A stretch of DNA of 64,000 bases, from assembly GCA_951812955.1 (NCBI GenBank), contig OX638340.1, positions 704,001 through 768,000 on the forward strand, read 5' to 3'. Made by a program: the position numbers and the translations under genes. This document shows positions 10,176 to 19,154 of the stretch, piece by piece (within the stretch, counting starts at the first letter, position 1; each line of letters begins with the position of its first letter). Origin of the DNA: an uncultured Gemmatimonadota bacterium (GTDB lineage Bacteria; JAAXHH01). The notes under the pieces were generated by a model. That model was given only the letters and a program-made list of their open reading frames with translations, did not search any database and had not been told where the DNA came from.

Positions 10176-11357
10176 CTAATAACAGGTACCGGAACGCCTC
10201 AATCCCTCCAGGCTGCATCCCCGCGCTAGGTCGTGTTCCTTGACCGTGCGGAAGAATTCTTCCATCCCGAGCAGAAAGGGTTCGATGTATTCCCGCGAAC
10301 CGGCCTTGCCCATGTGACCCACGCGTAGCGAGTCCCTTGCGAATTCACCCATGGCCTGTGCCGCCAGGAAGCCATGGTTGCGCAGCAGGTAGGTCCGCAG
10401 TTCCGCGGCTTCGGAAACGTCCGGGTGGACCCGGAAGGTAGTCACCGTGTAGGACGCGGCCGGATCGGCAACGATGGGGGCGCACCCCACCGCGCGCAGT
10501 CCGGCGCGGACCACGGACTGGGCCCATGCGTACCGGGACCAGTGGCCTTGAAGGGTCTCGCGGTGGATGATCCGCCGCAGGCTGGCGTGAAGGGAGACGA
10601 TCAGGCTGCTGGACTGCGTCGTGGGATAGGGATGTTCTCCCGAAGCTTCGGACGCCCGCTTCCAAACGGCGAGGTCGTAGTACCAGCCCCGGTGAGCGCT
10701 GTCCTTGGCGCGTATGATATCCCACGCCCGGTCGCTGACCGCCAGAATACCCAGGCCCGGTGCGGTTTCAAGGGCCTTGTTTGAAGAAGTCACGGCCACG
10801 TCGATCCCCAGTTCGTCCACGGGAATGTCATAGCCGCCCAGGGCCGAAACGCCGTCAACGAAGAAGGGCAGGTCGAACTCGCGTGCCAGGCCGGCATATT
10901 CCTCCAGGGGATTCCGGACGCCCGTGCCCGTATCGTTGGCGACCACGACCAGGCCGGCTGCCGCCGGATGCCGTTCAAGCGCATCGCGCATTTTGGCCGG
11001 ATCGGCGGGCTCGCCCCATGGGTCATCCACGGCGACGACCTCGCTTCGGAATGCCTTGAGTATTTCGACGAGCCGGTTGGCGAATGGGCCGTTGGTCGCC
11101 ACCACCACCTGTTCACCGGGCCGGAAGAGGCTGCACAGCCCCGCATCGAGCGCGCCGGAACCGGGGGCGGTCATGATGATGATGTCGTTACGGGTCTGGA
11201 AGATGGTCCGGAGCATCGATACGGTTTCTTCGTAGATGGGACCGAAGTCTTCGCCGTAGTGGGGCAGTACCTGCTCGCTCAGGGCCTGCAGGGTTTCCTC
11301 CCAGATATCGATGGGACCGGGCAACAGCAATTTGGGTCGGGCCATGGGTTTACTCAA
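10176..11357 (-). CDS. Class V aminotransferase, alanine-glyoxylate/serine-pyruvate aminotransferase (AGT)-like
   Basis: PLP-lysine motif TSSNKALETAPGLG and an AGT-like fold. TTG at 11357 (TTGA overlap with the upstream stop) or ATG at 11345. Confidence 0.8.
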   Translation of the reverse strand: MSKPMARPKLLLPGPIDIWEETLQALSEQVLPHYGEDFGPIYEETVSMLRTIFQTRNDIIIMTAPGSGALDAGLCSLFRPGEQVVVATNGPFANRLVEILKAFRSEVVAVDDPWGEPADPAKMRDALERHPAAAGLVVVANDTGTGVRNPLEEYAGLAREFDLPFFVDGVSALGGYDIPVDELGIDVAVTSSNKALETAPGLGILAVSDRAWDIIRAKDSAHRGWYYDLAVWKRASEASGEHPYPTTQSSSLIVSLHASLRRIIHRETLQGHWSRYAWAQSVVRAGLRAVGCAPIVADPAASYTVTTFRVHPDVSEAAELRTYLLRNHGFLAAQAMGEFARDSLRVGHMGKAGSREYIEPFLLGMEEFFRTVKEHDLARGCSLEGLRRSGTCY

Positions 11358-12565
11358 TCCAGGTGAACGTCGGGTTGCTTGGCGATTATCTCGTTGATTG
11401 CGCTGATGAAGCGGTCGATGTCTTCGTAGGAATCATAGAAGTGCGTGGAGACCCTGAAGAATGAAAGGTCGTTTGCTCCAATGGCGGTGACCTCGATCTT
11501 GTAGTCTTTCCAAAGGTACTCACAGACTTTGGGAAGATCTATGCCTTCGATCGAGAAACTGGAGATGAACCCGGACATGGATTCGTCCATGGGAATCGTA
11601 AGCCGGGCACCCCGGATCCGTTCGAGCGCCTGCGCCTTCAGGTACCGGGCCAGGCCGAGACAGTAAGGACGGATCCTGCTCTCCCATCCGATGTCGAGCT
11701 GGTAATCGATGGCGTCTCCCAGGCAGGCATGGGGGGTCAGATCGCGCGTTCCGTTCACATCGTAGCGGCTGGCTGCATCCGTTTCACGCATATTGTGGCC
11801 GATTACCACGGGACGGACCTTGTTCTGGTACTTGGCATCCATGTAGAGAAACCCCACGCCCTTGGGCGCCAGCAGCCACTTGTGGGAACTGCTCGCGTAG
11901 AAGTCACACCCGACGTCCGAAAGGTCCAGGGGAACCATGCCGACGGCGTGGGCGCCGTCCACCATGGCCACGGCGCCGTGCGCATGGGCCAGGCGGGTGA
12001 GTTCCTTGATGGGGGCGACGAGTCCGGTCGTGAAGTACACGTGGCTGAAAACGACCACGCTGGTGTTATCGGTGATTCCCGCTTCGTAGGCTTCCACGAT
12101 ATCCCGGGGTGAGGACGGTGGCGTGGGTAACGGAACATAGTTCAGGTTCAGGCCGTCCCGCTCGGCCAGCCACGTCCACAGGGCGCGGACGGCGGGGTAT
12201 TCCTGGTCGCTCAGCAGCACGTCGCTTCCACGTTCCCAGATCAGACCCTGACCGGGTATGTTCATGCCCATGGTCGTGTTCAGCACGAGGGCAATCCGGT
12301 CCGGGGTCGTTCCGACGAACCGGGCGAGCTTCTCCCTGGACTGCTCCACCAGGGGCCTGAGAAGATCGCCGTGCCGACGATGCAGGGGATCCGCCTCGAA
12401 TTCCCGCATCAATTCGATGATCCGTTCGATGACCGGCCTGGCGGACGGCCCGACCGTTCCGCCCTGCAGGTAGGTTACGTCGTCCATCAGGTAGAACTGT
12501 TTCCTGATGTCGGACCAATAGGCGGCTTCTTCGGCGGCGATAGGATGCCTGGATTGAGCGGTCAT
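11354..12565 (-). CDS. Class V-fold PLP enzyme (cysteine desulfurase / isopenicillin-N-epimerase-like)
   Basis: SSSHKWLLAPKGVGFLY motif (SxHK). ATG at 12565. Translationally coupled to the downstream AGT-like gene. Confidence 0.75.
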   Translation of the reverse strand: MTAQSRHPIAAEEAAYWSDIRKQFYLMDDVTYLQGGTVGPSARPVIERIIELMREFEADPLHRRHGDLLRPLVEQSREKLARFVGTTPDRIALVLNTTMGMNIPGQGLIWERGSDVLLSDQEYPAVRALWTWLAERDGLNLNYVPLPTPPSSPRDIVEAYEAGITDNTSVVVFSHVYFTTGLVAPIKELTRLAHAHGAVAMVDGAHAVGMVPLDLSDVGCDFYASSSHKWLLAPKGVGFLYMDAKYQNKVRPVVIGHNMRETDAASRYDVNGTRDLTPHACLGDAIDYQLDIGWESRIRPYCLGLARYLKAQALERIRGARLTIPMDESMSGFISSFSIEGIDLPKVCEYLWKDYKIEVTAIGANDLSFFRVSTHFYDSYEDIDRFISAINEIIAKQPDVHLD

Positions 12566-12860
12566 GGTCTGTCCCGGACTAGGGTGAAAAACGGCGAGAA
12601 TCGTTGACGGACATCGCGATTATACTAACCGGACCGCATAGGGGTGTCAAGGCGTTACGAAGCTTTTGAACCGGCGAGGTGAATGTCGGTAAGATCGTCG
12701 AATGGAAAGCGATCCGCACCATGCGTTGAACGTCAGAAATGCCTTGTCAACACGGCCGCGGCATCTACCTTTTGCTGGATTGCCTTCGTTGAAGGAATCA
12801 CGACGATCGAGGTTTTCGTTCGCACGTTTCAAACTGGACCAGAAAAGGAGAAAACAGCCG

Positions 12861-13616
12861 ATGCGAGGAAACAGAGTGCTGGAGAAACTGAGGGCCGGAG
12901 AGACCGCCCACGTGGTCGGCGGCCACAGCCACACGGCGAATTCCATCGATTTCATGGGCCAGTTTGGATTTGACGGCTTCTGGATCGAGGGCGAACACGG
13001 CGACATTACTTTCGACCGGATCGGTGACGTCTCCCGGGCATGCGACCTGTGGAACATGGCGTCTGTCATGCGTGTACACGCCAACGAGACCGGGTTGATC
13101 GGCCGCACGCTGGACTGCGGTGTCAGCGGCCTGGTCGTCCCCCATGTGAGCAGCGCGGAGGCGGCGGACCGCGTGGTGCGCGCCAGCCGGTTCGCGCCGG
13201 CCGGCATGCGCGGCATGTACTTCAACCGACGGGGCTACGGCACCGACAACAGCGAGTTCATCGCGAAGGTGAACGATGAGATCCTCGTCATCGTACTCAT
13301 CGAAGAGATCGAGGCCGTGGAAAACCTGGACGAGATACTCGCCGTGGACCACATCGACGTATTCTTCGTCGCCCCGGGCGACCTCGCCCAGACCATGGGC
13401 CATCCGGGACGGATGTATCACCCGGAAGTGAAGAAAGTGGTTTCCGATACGCTAGGACGGATCGTCGCGGCCGGTCGGAACGCTGGATCACTTGTCGGGG
13501 AGGAGACCTTCGACGCACACGCCGAGATCGGCGTCCGGTTCTTCTTCACCGTGTATGACCACTGGCTCCGGGCTGGCGCCAAGGGCTACTGGGACAGGGT
13601 GGCTTCCCAGGGGTAG
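12861..13616 (+). CDS. HpcH/HpaI family 2-keto-3-deoxy-acid aldolase
   Basis: Motifs FWIEGEHG, VMRVHANE and VLIEE match the HpcH/HpaI TIM barrel. ATG 12861 is preceded by AAAAGGAG; the long upstream extension from 12702 is rejected. Confidence 0.8.
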   Translation: MRGNRVLEKLRAGETAHVVGGHSHTANSIDFMGQFGFDGFWIEGEHGDITFDRIGDVSRACDLWNMASVMRVHANETGLIGRTLDCGVSGLVVPHVSSAEAADRVVRASRFAPAGMRGMYFNRRGYGTDNSEFIAKVNDEILVIVLIEEIEAVENLDEILAVDHIDVFFVAPGDLAQTMGHPGRMYHPEVKKVVSDTLGRIVAAGRNAGSLVGEETFDAHAEIGVRFFFTVYDHWLRAGAKGYWDRVASQG

Positions 13617-13631
13617 ACCGGACGAACGGAT

Positions 13632-14588
13632 TCAATCGGTCCGGCTTCCCGGATCACCCGCGCCTTCGGCCTTTGCCCGTTCGTAGACGACGGCGGCCAC
13701 GGCCACATCTTCCACGGCCAGCCCCTGGGATTCGAAGAGGGTAATTTCATCGGAATCGGTACGGCCTGGCACGTGGCCGGCAACTACGTCGGCCAACTCG
13801 TGGACGCGGTCCCATTGAAGGAGTCCCTTTTCCACCGATTCGAGCAAGTCTCCGCACTCCACCTTCGCCTGCTCCCTGGAATCGACGGTGACCACGCCGG
13901 CTCGACTGACCGTCTCCGCATCGATTTCACTGCGTATGAGCGCGTTGGAACCAGCTGCGTTCACATGGGTGCCCGGTGCGAGCCAGGCGCCTTCCAGCAC
14001 CGGTCGCGCCGCGCTGGTGATCGTGATCGCCACTTCCACTTCTTCAACGCAGGCCCTGGCTGAATCAGCCGGGCGTACCGGCACTCCCAGGGCCTCGCTC
14101 ATCTCGCGGCAATACGCCTCTCTTCGCGTCCGATCCCGTCCATAGGCTTTAACACCCGTCACGTTGCGTACTTCACATACTGCAGCCAACTGGCTTCGGG
14201 CCTGCCATCCCGTTCCGATCACTCCCACGGTAGCCGCGTCATCCCGCGCCATGTACTTCGTCGCCACGCCGCTCGCCGCGCCCGTTCGCATCTGGCCGAG
14301 CCGGTCGGCCTCGATCGCAACCAGCGGTTCGCCCGTGTCGGCTTTGAACAATAAAACCAGGAATCTCGCACCGTGCCGCGTAGTCGTGTACGCTTTCAGT
14401 CCGGTGAGATTCAACTCCGGGATCCCCCCGGACATGACGTGGAGCGTATGGCCCGGAAGCCGTACCCTCGAACGCGGGATGTTGACCGCCGATCCAGCGC
14501 CGAGTCCACGGAACACTTCTTCGACCGCGCGGACTGCCGCGGCCATGGACAGTAAACCTCCTACTTCTTCCTCATTGATGTACAGCAT
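13632..14588 (-). CDS. Ornithine cyclodeaminase / mu-crystallin family protein
   Basis: Rossmann GVIGTGWQARSQL, NAAGSN, and an OCD-like N-terminus. GGAG RBS 7 nt before ATG 14588. Confidence 0.85.
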   Translation of the reverse strand: MLYINEEEVGGLLSMAAAVRAVEEVFRGLGAGSAVNIPRSRVRLPGHTLHVMSGGIPELNLTGLKAYTTTRHGARFLVLLFKADTGEPLVAIEADRLGQMRTGAASGVATKYMARDDAATVGVIGTGWQARSQLAAVCEVRNVTGVKAYGRDRTRREAYCREMSEALGVPVRPADSARACVEEVEVAITITSAARPVLEGAWLAPGTHVNAAGSNALIRSEIDAETVSRAGVVTVDSREQAKVECGDLLESVEKGLLQWDRVHELADVVAGHVPGRTDSDEITLFESQGLAVEDVAVAAVVYERAKAEGAGDPGSRTD

Positions 14589-14621
14589 GCTTGCGCTCCG
14601 ATCGGTTCGGTTAACGGTTCC

Positions 14622-14766
14622 GGGAACTTCGCTGCCGTCCGGGAACTCCGCTGCCGGACGTGAACTCCGCTGCCGTCCGGGAACTCCGCTGCCGTCCGGG
14701 AACTCCGCTGCCGGACGTGAACTACGCTGCCGTCAGGGCACTCCGCTGCCGGACGGCACTCCACTG
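14622..14766. repeat. Tandem array of about 8 copies of a 19-bp unit (GGGAACTCCGCTGCCGTCC alternating with GTGAACTCCGCTGCCGGAC)
   Basis: Direct head-to-tail repeats read from the sequence. They lie in the divergent intergenic region between the OCD-family gene (start 14588, minus) and the MFS gene (start 14942, plus). Confidence 0.85.
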
Positions 14767-14941
14767 GTGACAGCGCGTGTTCAAACCGGAGCGGCCATGC
14801 CTCGGGCGAACGGGCGGTGATCCCATACAGCAGGCCATGATATCCGGTCCTTCGACGGGGTGTCAAGGCCAATGTTACGGCTTAACCGCAGAGGACGCGC
14901 GTCTTGACAGTACCCGTGGGCGTGGTATCTTCAGCTTCGTC

Positions 14942-16177
14942 ATGCCTCTGCCCTTCCAAGCGTTTCGAGACCGGTTTCCCGCGCTCCGATACCGCGATTT
15001 CCGCCTCCTGTGGTCCGGTCAGATCGTTTCGCTTACCGGATCACGAATGCAGCAGACGGCCGTGCTGTGGCATATGTATTTGTTGACCGAGTCCGCGTAT
15101 GCCCTTGGTGCGATGGCAGTTATAAGACTCATACCCATCGTGATTCTTTCTCCGCTCGCCGGTGTGATCGCCGACACCCATGACCGCAAGCGCGTACTGC
15201 TCATCGCCCAGTGCGGCCTCGCCCTGATCAGTACGACGCTGGCGTGGATCACCTGGTCGAGCCAGGATTCCCCCACCATGTTGTATGTGATCACCGCCAT
15301 AAGCGCTGGGATCGGTTGCTTCAGTAGCCCGGCCAAAAACGCCATGGTGCCGAACCTGGTCGACCGGAGGCACCTGGCCAACGCCATGAGTATCAACATC
15401 ACCGCCTCCCATGTCGCATCGGTGACCGGGCCGGGCATTGCCGGCCTGATCCTGGCATCGGGCTCAATCGCGGCCGTTTACTGGATCAATACGGTTTCAT
15501 TTGTCTTCATGATTGTTCCAATCCTCATGTTGCGTTCCGGGCACCGCAGCATCGGCGGCGTGACACGGGTCAGCTTTGCGGCAGCGCTCGAGGGGCTGCG
15601 GTTCATAAGGCGTTCGTCCATTATACGCTCGGCGATGTTGCTGGACTTCACCGCTACGTTCTTTGCGTCCGCCACATCGTTGCTGCCGATTTTTGCCGTT
15701 GAAGTACTGGACGTCGGGGAACAGGGGTACGGCCTGCTTACGGCGGCCCCGGCGATCGGCGCCGTGCTGACCGGCGCAATCATGTCCACCTTCCCAGTGA
15801 TTTCGGGCCAGGGACGGCTGTTGTTCAAAGCGGTGGCGTGTTACGCGCTGGCCACCGTGGTCTTCGGCATATCATCAAGCTTCTGGCTCACCTTCGCCGC
15901 GCTGTTCCTGACTGGGGCGTTCGATACGGTAAGCATGGTGCTGCGCCATACCGTCATGCAGCTGTCGACCCCGGATGAATTGCGCGGCCGCATGACTTCG
16001 GTGAACATGATTTTCGTCATGGGCGGACCCCGGCTCGGCGAAGCAGAAGCCGGCCTGGTGGCGGGACTCGCGGGAGCCCCCTTCTCCGTAATTACAGGTG
16101 GGATCGGCTGCCTCGTGGCCGTCGCCGTCATAGCCTGGCGGTCTCCCACGTTGAGACGATACGACGGCCAACGATGA
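14942..16177 (+). CDS. MFS transporter
   Basis: 12-TM MFS pattern with N-terminal FRLLWSGQIVSLTGS. Internal ATG 14942 chosen; the ORF extension from 14777 reads through the tandem repeat. Confidence 0.8.
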   Translation: MPLPFQAFRDRFPALRYRDFRLLWSGQIVSLTGSRMQQTAVLWHMYLLTESAYALGAMAVIRLIPIVILSPLAGVIADTHDRKRVLLIAQCGLALISTTLAWITWSSQDSPTMLYVITAISAGIGCFSSPAKNAMVPNLVDRRHLANAMSINITASHVASVTGPGIAGLILASGSIAAVYWINTVSFVFMIVPILMLRSGHRSIGGVTRVSFAAALEGLRFIRRSSIIRSAMLLDFTATFFASATSLLPIFAVEVLDVGEQGYGLLTAAPAIGAVLTGAIMSTFPVISGQGRLLFKAVACYALATVVFGISSSFWLTFAALFLTGAFDTVSMVLRHTVMQLSTPDELRGRMTSVNMIFVMGGPRLGEAEAGLVAGLAGAPFSVITGGIGCLVAVAVIAWRSPTLRRYDGQR

Positions 16178-16199
16178 CTCGGTTTCGAAAGGACTAGTT

Positions 16200-17051
16200 A
16201 TGATATACGATGTTCACGCTCACGCATGGCGGTACCCCGATCACTTCAACGATACCTTCCGTAACCAGGCGATCAGAATGCGGGGGTATGAGCTGGACCT
16301 GACTCCGGAATACGCGAGCTACCTGGCTTCCGCGCGGACCGCCGGACAGCCCGTGAAAACTGTGGTCTTCGGTGGTAAGGCAAGGCTGTCGGGACTGTGG
16401 ACGCCGGACAGTTACGTGGCGGCATACTGTGCGGAGTATCCCGACCAGGCGATCCCCTTCATGTCTCTGGACCCCACCCAGGACGGATGGAGAGACGAGA
16501 TGACCGAAGGGCGGGAACACCTGGGCATGCGCGGTATCAAGCTTCTGCCCATGTACGCGGGGTTCTATCCCCAGGACCCCGAACTCGACGACCTGTGGCA
16601 GTACGCTGCCCGAAACGACCTACCGGTGCTTCTGCATACCGGCACGACCTTCGTCGACCAGGCACCCCTGGACTGCACCCTGCCGCGGCACCTCGACGCG
16701 GTCGCCATCAAGTTCCCGGAATGCCGGATCATCCTGGCCCACCTCGGCCACCCCTACGAAGGGGAAACCGTGGCAGTGATCCGCAAGCACCCCAACGTGT
16801 ACGCCGATGTGTCCGCGCTGCACTACCGCCCCTTTCAGCTCTATCACAGTCTCATGCTCGTCCAGGAATACGGGGTATGGAACAAGCTCCTCTTCGGTAC
16901 CGACTACCCGGTCACGACGGTGGACGACACGCTTCGCGACCTGCGCGGACTGAACGGCATGCTCGAAGGCACGGCCCTGCCTCGGCTGGACATAGCGGAA
17001 ATGGAGGAGATGATTCACCGGGACGCGGGGGAGATCCTGGGGATTGACTGA
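16200..17051 (+). CDS. Amidohydrolase-2 family (TIM-barrel metal-dependent hydrolase, ACMSD-like)
   Basis: N-terminal DVHAHAW (HxH), LLHTG, HLGHP, and C-terminal FGTDYP motifs. Confidence 0.75.
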   Translation: MIYDVHAHAWRYPDHFNDTFRNQAIRMRGYELDLTPEYASYLASARTAGQPVKTVVFGGKARLSGLWTPDSYVAAYCAEYPDQAIPFMSLDPTQDGWRDEMTEGREHLGMRGIKLLPMYAGFYPQDPELDDLWQYAARNDLPVLLHTGTTFVDQAPLDCTLPRHLDAVAIKFPECRIILAHLGHPYEGETVAVIRKHPNVYADVSALHYRPFQLYHSLMLVQEYGVWNKLLFGTDYPVTTVDDTLRDLRGLNGMLEGTALPRLDIAEMEEMIHRDAGEILGID

Positions 17052-17106
17052 TCCCGCCGGGAGGGGCGGGGCAGTCAACGCCAAACCGCACGTTTGACCG
17101 CGCGTC

Positions 17107-18924
17107 CTATCCTTCGCCTGTCAGCCACTGCCAGAATCGGAAGGGTTCCGGTTTCTTTTTAGTGGGATCCTCGAAGACGTCCCTGGTGATATAGAGATTG
17201 GTCTGCAGGTTGGACATCAGTTCGCCGCGCCAGGCCCTGTAGCCCCACTGGTTGGGTTCCAGGGACACTCCCCGGACGAAGGGCTTCCACATCTGGTTGA
17301 TCCGGATGTACCACAGGAAAATCCCGCCGGCTTCGTCGACCAGGATCCGCTCGGCGTCCCGGTACATGGCCATGCGGCCCTCCGGGTCGCCGACGAGTTC
17401 GTTGGCCTGCCTCACGAGTCGCTCGAAACGATCGTTGTGCCAGGCGTGCCGGCCGTTCGAAAGCCAGATGGTAAGCAGGTTTCCCGCGTCGATGAAGTCA
17501 TACTGGTAGGGAACCATCCCCAGGGTCAACTCCCGGTTGCTCATGGCGTCCAGGTAGACCTTCCGTTCCACGTTGCGTACACCGACATTCAGCGCAAGGT
17601 GCTGATTCAACATGGCCTGGACCGCCTCCGCGGCTGTCCGTATGTTTGCGGCCTCTCCGCGCAGCCAGATGTTCACCTCCGGAAAACCGCGTCCGCCGGG
17701 ATAGCCGGCCTCGGCGAGATAGCGACGCGCGAGATCGGGATCGAATTTCTGCAGTGGGGCCAGTTCCTCCGTGTTGGAACCAGGGAACCCGGGCGGCAGC
17801 ATGGAGGAAGCCGGTATGCCGACATCCCGCATGGCCGATTTGATGATGGCATCGACATCGATGGCATGGGCGAAGGCCTTGCGAACGCGCACATCGTCGA
17901 ACGGCGGGTTGAAGGTGTCCAGCATCAGGTAGTACGTTGAGAAGTCCGTATAGGCATTGAGTTGATCGCGCAGGACCCGATCCGCCTTGATCCGGTTGAT
18001 TTCGGCCTGGTTGGTCAGGGGGACGTAGTCTACTTCGCCGGCTTCATAGGCGGAGAGAAACTGCGGGGGAACGGCCAGGTTGTACAACCGGGCCACTACC
18101 CGTTCCAGCATGGGCCTGGTGGGACCCCGGTAGTTCTGATTGATTCCGAGCACGATGCGGTCGCCCTTGATCCATTCGACCAGGCGGTAAGGACCACTGC
18201 CGAAATGGGTTTCGGGCCGCGTCGCCCATTCAGGACCGTATTTATCAAACAAATGTGTCGGCGAAACCCAGCTTTTGGCGAGCAGGAGCGGCAGGTAGGG
18301 CGTCGGATTTTCCGTCGTGAACGCCACGGTGTGATCATCGAGGGCCTTGACGCCCAGGGAGTCGAGCGGAAGGCGTCGGCCAACGACGTCGGTCCAGTTT
18401 TTTATGGACCTGAAGTACCATTCGAAGTCGAAACCCGTCTCCGGATTCGCCCAGCGACGAAAGGTGGCCTCGTAGTCGCGGGCCGTCAGAGGATGGCCGT
18501 CTGCGAAGATCATCCCCTTGCGAATCTGGTAGGTCCAGGTCAGCCCGTCTTTGGACAGTTCCCACGAGGTGGCGCCCGCGGGCAGCAGGTTGAAATCCCG
18601 GTCCACGCGGACGAGCGGCTCGGCTACCAGTCCCACGCCCCACGCCTGCTTGTAGGTGGACGTGCCCCGGTCGAGGTACCGGTTGTCGGGTGAGAACTGA
18701 GTAAGGACCTGGAGTTCCGGCGGAGCGGCATCGGGAGGTAGCGTGACGCCGAATGAGTTTACATATCGTTCCGTCCCGCCGGCTTCGCTGTCGCCGTCAT
18801 CCTGCAGGGCCGGGACGGATAGGCTGGACAGCGCAAGGGCCGCCCCGAGGAAGGTCAGAACGGCCGCCGTGTGCACGCATCGCACGTTACGCAGGATGGA
18901 CACGGCCTGATAAGGTCGGAACAA
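17107..18924 (-). CDS. ABC transporter substrate-binding protein, family 5 (Opp/Dpp/Nik-type), orphan
   Basis: Signal peptide plus an SBP_bac_5-like size and pattern. No permease or ATPase genes adjacent. TTG start at 18924 is uncertain. Confidence 0.7.
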   Translation of the reverse strand: MFRPYQAVSILRNVRCVHTAAVLTFLGAALALSSLSVPALQDDGDSEAGGTERYVNSFGVTLPPDAAPPELQVLTQFSPDNRYLDRGTSTYKQAWGVGLVAEPLVRVDRDFNLLPAGATSWELSKDGLTWTYQIRKGMIFADGHPLTARDYEATFRRWANPETGFDFEWYFRSIKNWTDVVGRRLPLDSLGVKALDDHTVAFTTENPTPYLPLLLAKSWVSPTHLFDKYGPEWATRPETHFGSGPYRLVEWIKGDRIVLGINQNYRGPTRPMLERVVARLYNLAVPPQFLSAYEAGEVDYVPLTNQAEINRIKADRVLRDQLNAYTDFSTYYLMLDTFNPPFDDVRVRKAFAHAIDVDAIIKSAMRDVGIPASSMLPPGFPGSNTEELAPLQKFDPDLARRYLAEAGYPGGRGFPEVNIWLRGEAANIRTAAEAVQAMLNQHLALNVGVRNVERKVYLDAMSNRELTLGMVPYQYDFIDAGNLLTIWLSNGRHAWHNDRFERLVRQANELVGDPEGRMAMYRDAERILVDEAGGIFLWYIRINQMWKPFVRGVSLEPNQWGYRAWRGELMSNLQTNLYITRDVFEDPTKKKPEPFRFWQWLTGEG

Positions 18925-19154
18925 CGTCAGGTGTCCCTCTATCTACAGGTTGGATATTGTCATGGAGTCGATGGTGGATCTTACGGAATTCCAGTTGGAC
19001 TGTCAACGGTTTCGTCCCGTGACAGCGCACATAAAACAGGTGACACGTAACATCAGGGCATTTACTCTATACAGGTTCCGCCAGCGATGTAATCGCCTCC
19101 CGACTCGAGGCAAAGGGGAGTCTGGAGGACGGATTCCACAGAAAGGAAGACAGC

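Noticed and set aside
12702-12860. Long N-terminal extensions of the ORFs for HpcH (from 12702), the MFS transporter (from 14777) and carA (from 59266)
   Set aside because: Internal ATGs (12861, 14942, 59413) are preceded by good SD motifs. They give N-termini that match the conserved family starts. The extensions are low-complexity or read through intergenic repeats.
12566-12860. Possible sigma-70 promoters in the divergent spacer between the aminotransferase and HpcH genes (TTGACG...TATACT and TTGTCA...TACCTT)
   Set aside because: The spacer between TTGACG and TATACT is only 11 nt. The other candidate has a poor -10 element. Evidence is too weak to report as features.
14622-14766. Tandem 19-bp repeats as a possible CRISPR array
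   Set aside because: The repeats are directly adjacent with no intervening unique spacers. The units are 19 bp with alternating variants and no cas genes are nearby. This is a simple tandem repeat, not CRISPR.
14164-14872. ORFs 14164..14820 (+) and 14561..14872 (-) encoding repetitive peptides (SGNSAAGRELRCR...)
   Set aside because: Both are artefacts of translating through the 19-bp tandem array. They overlap the OCD-family gene on the opposite strand and lack start context.
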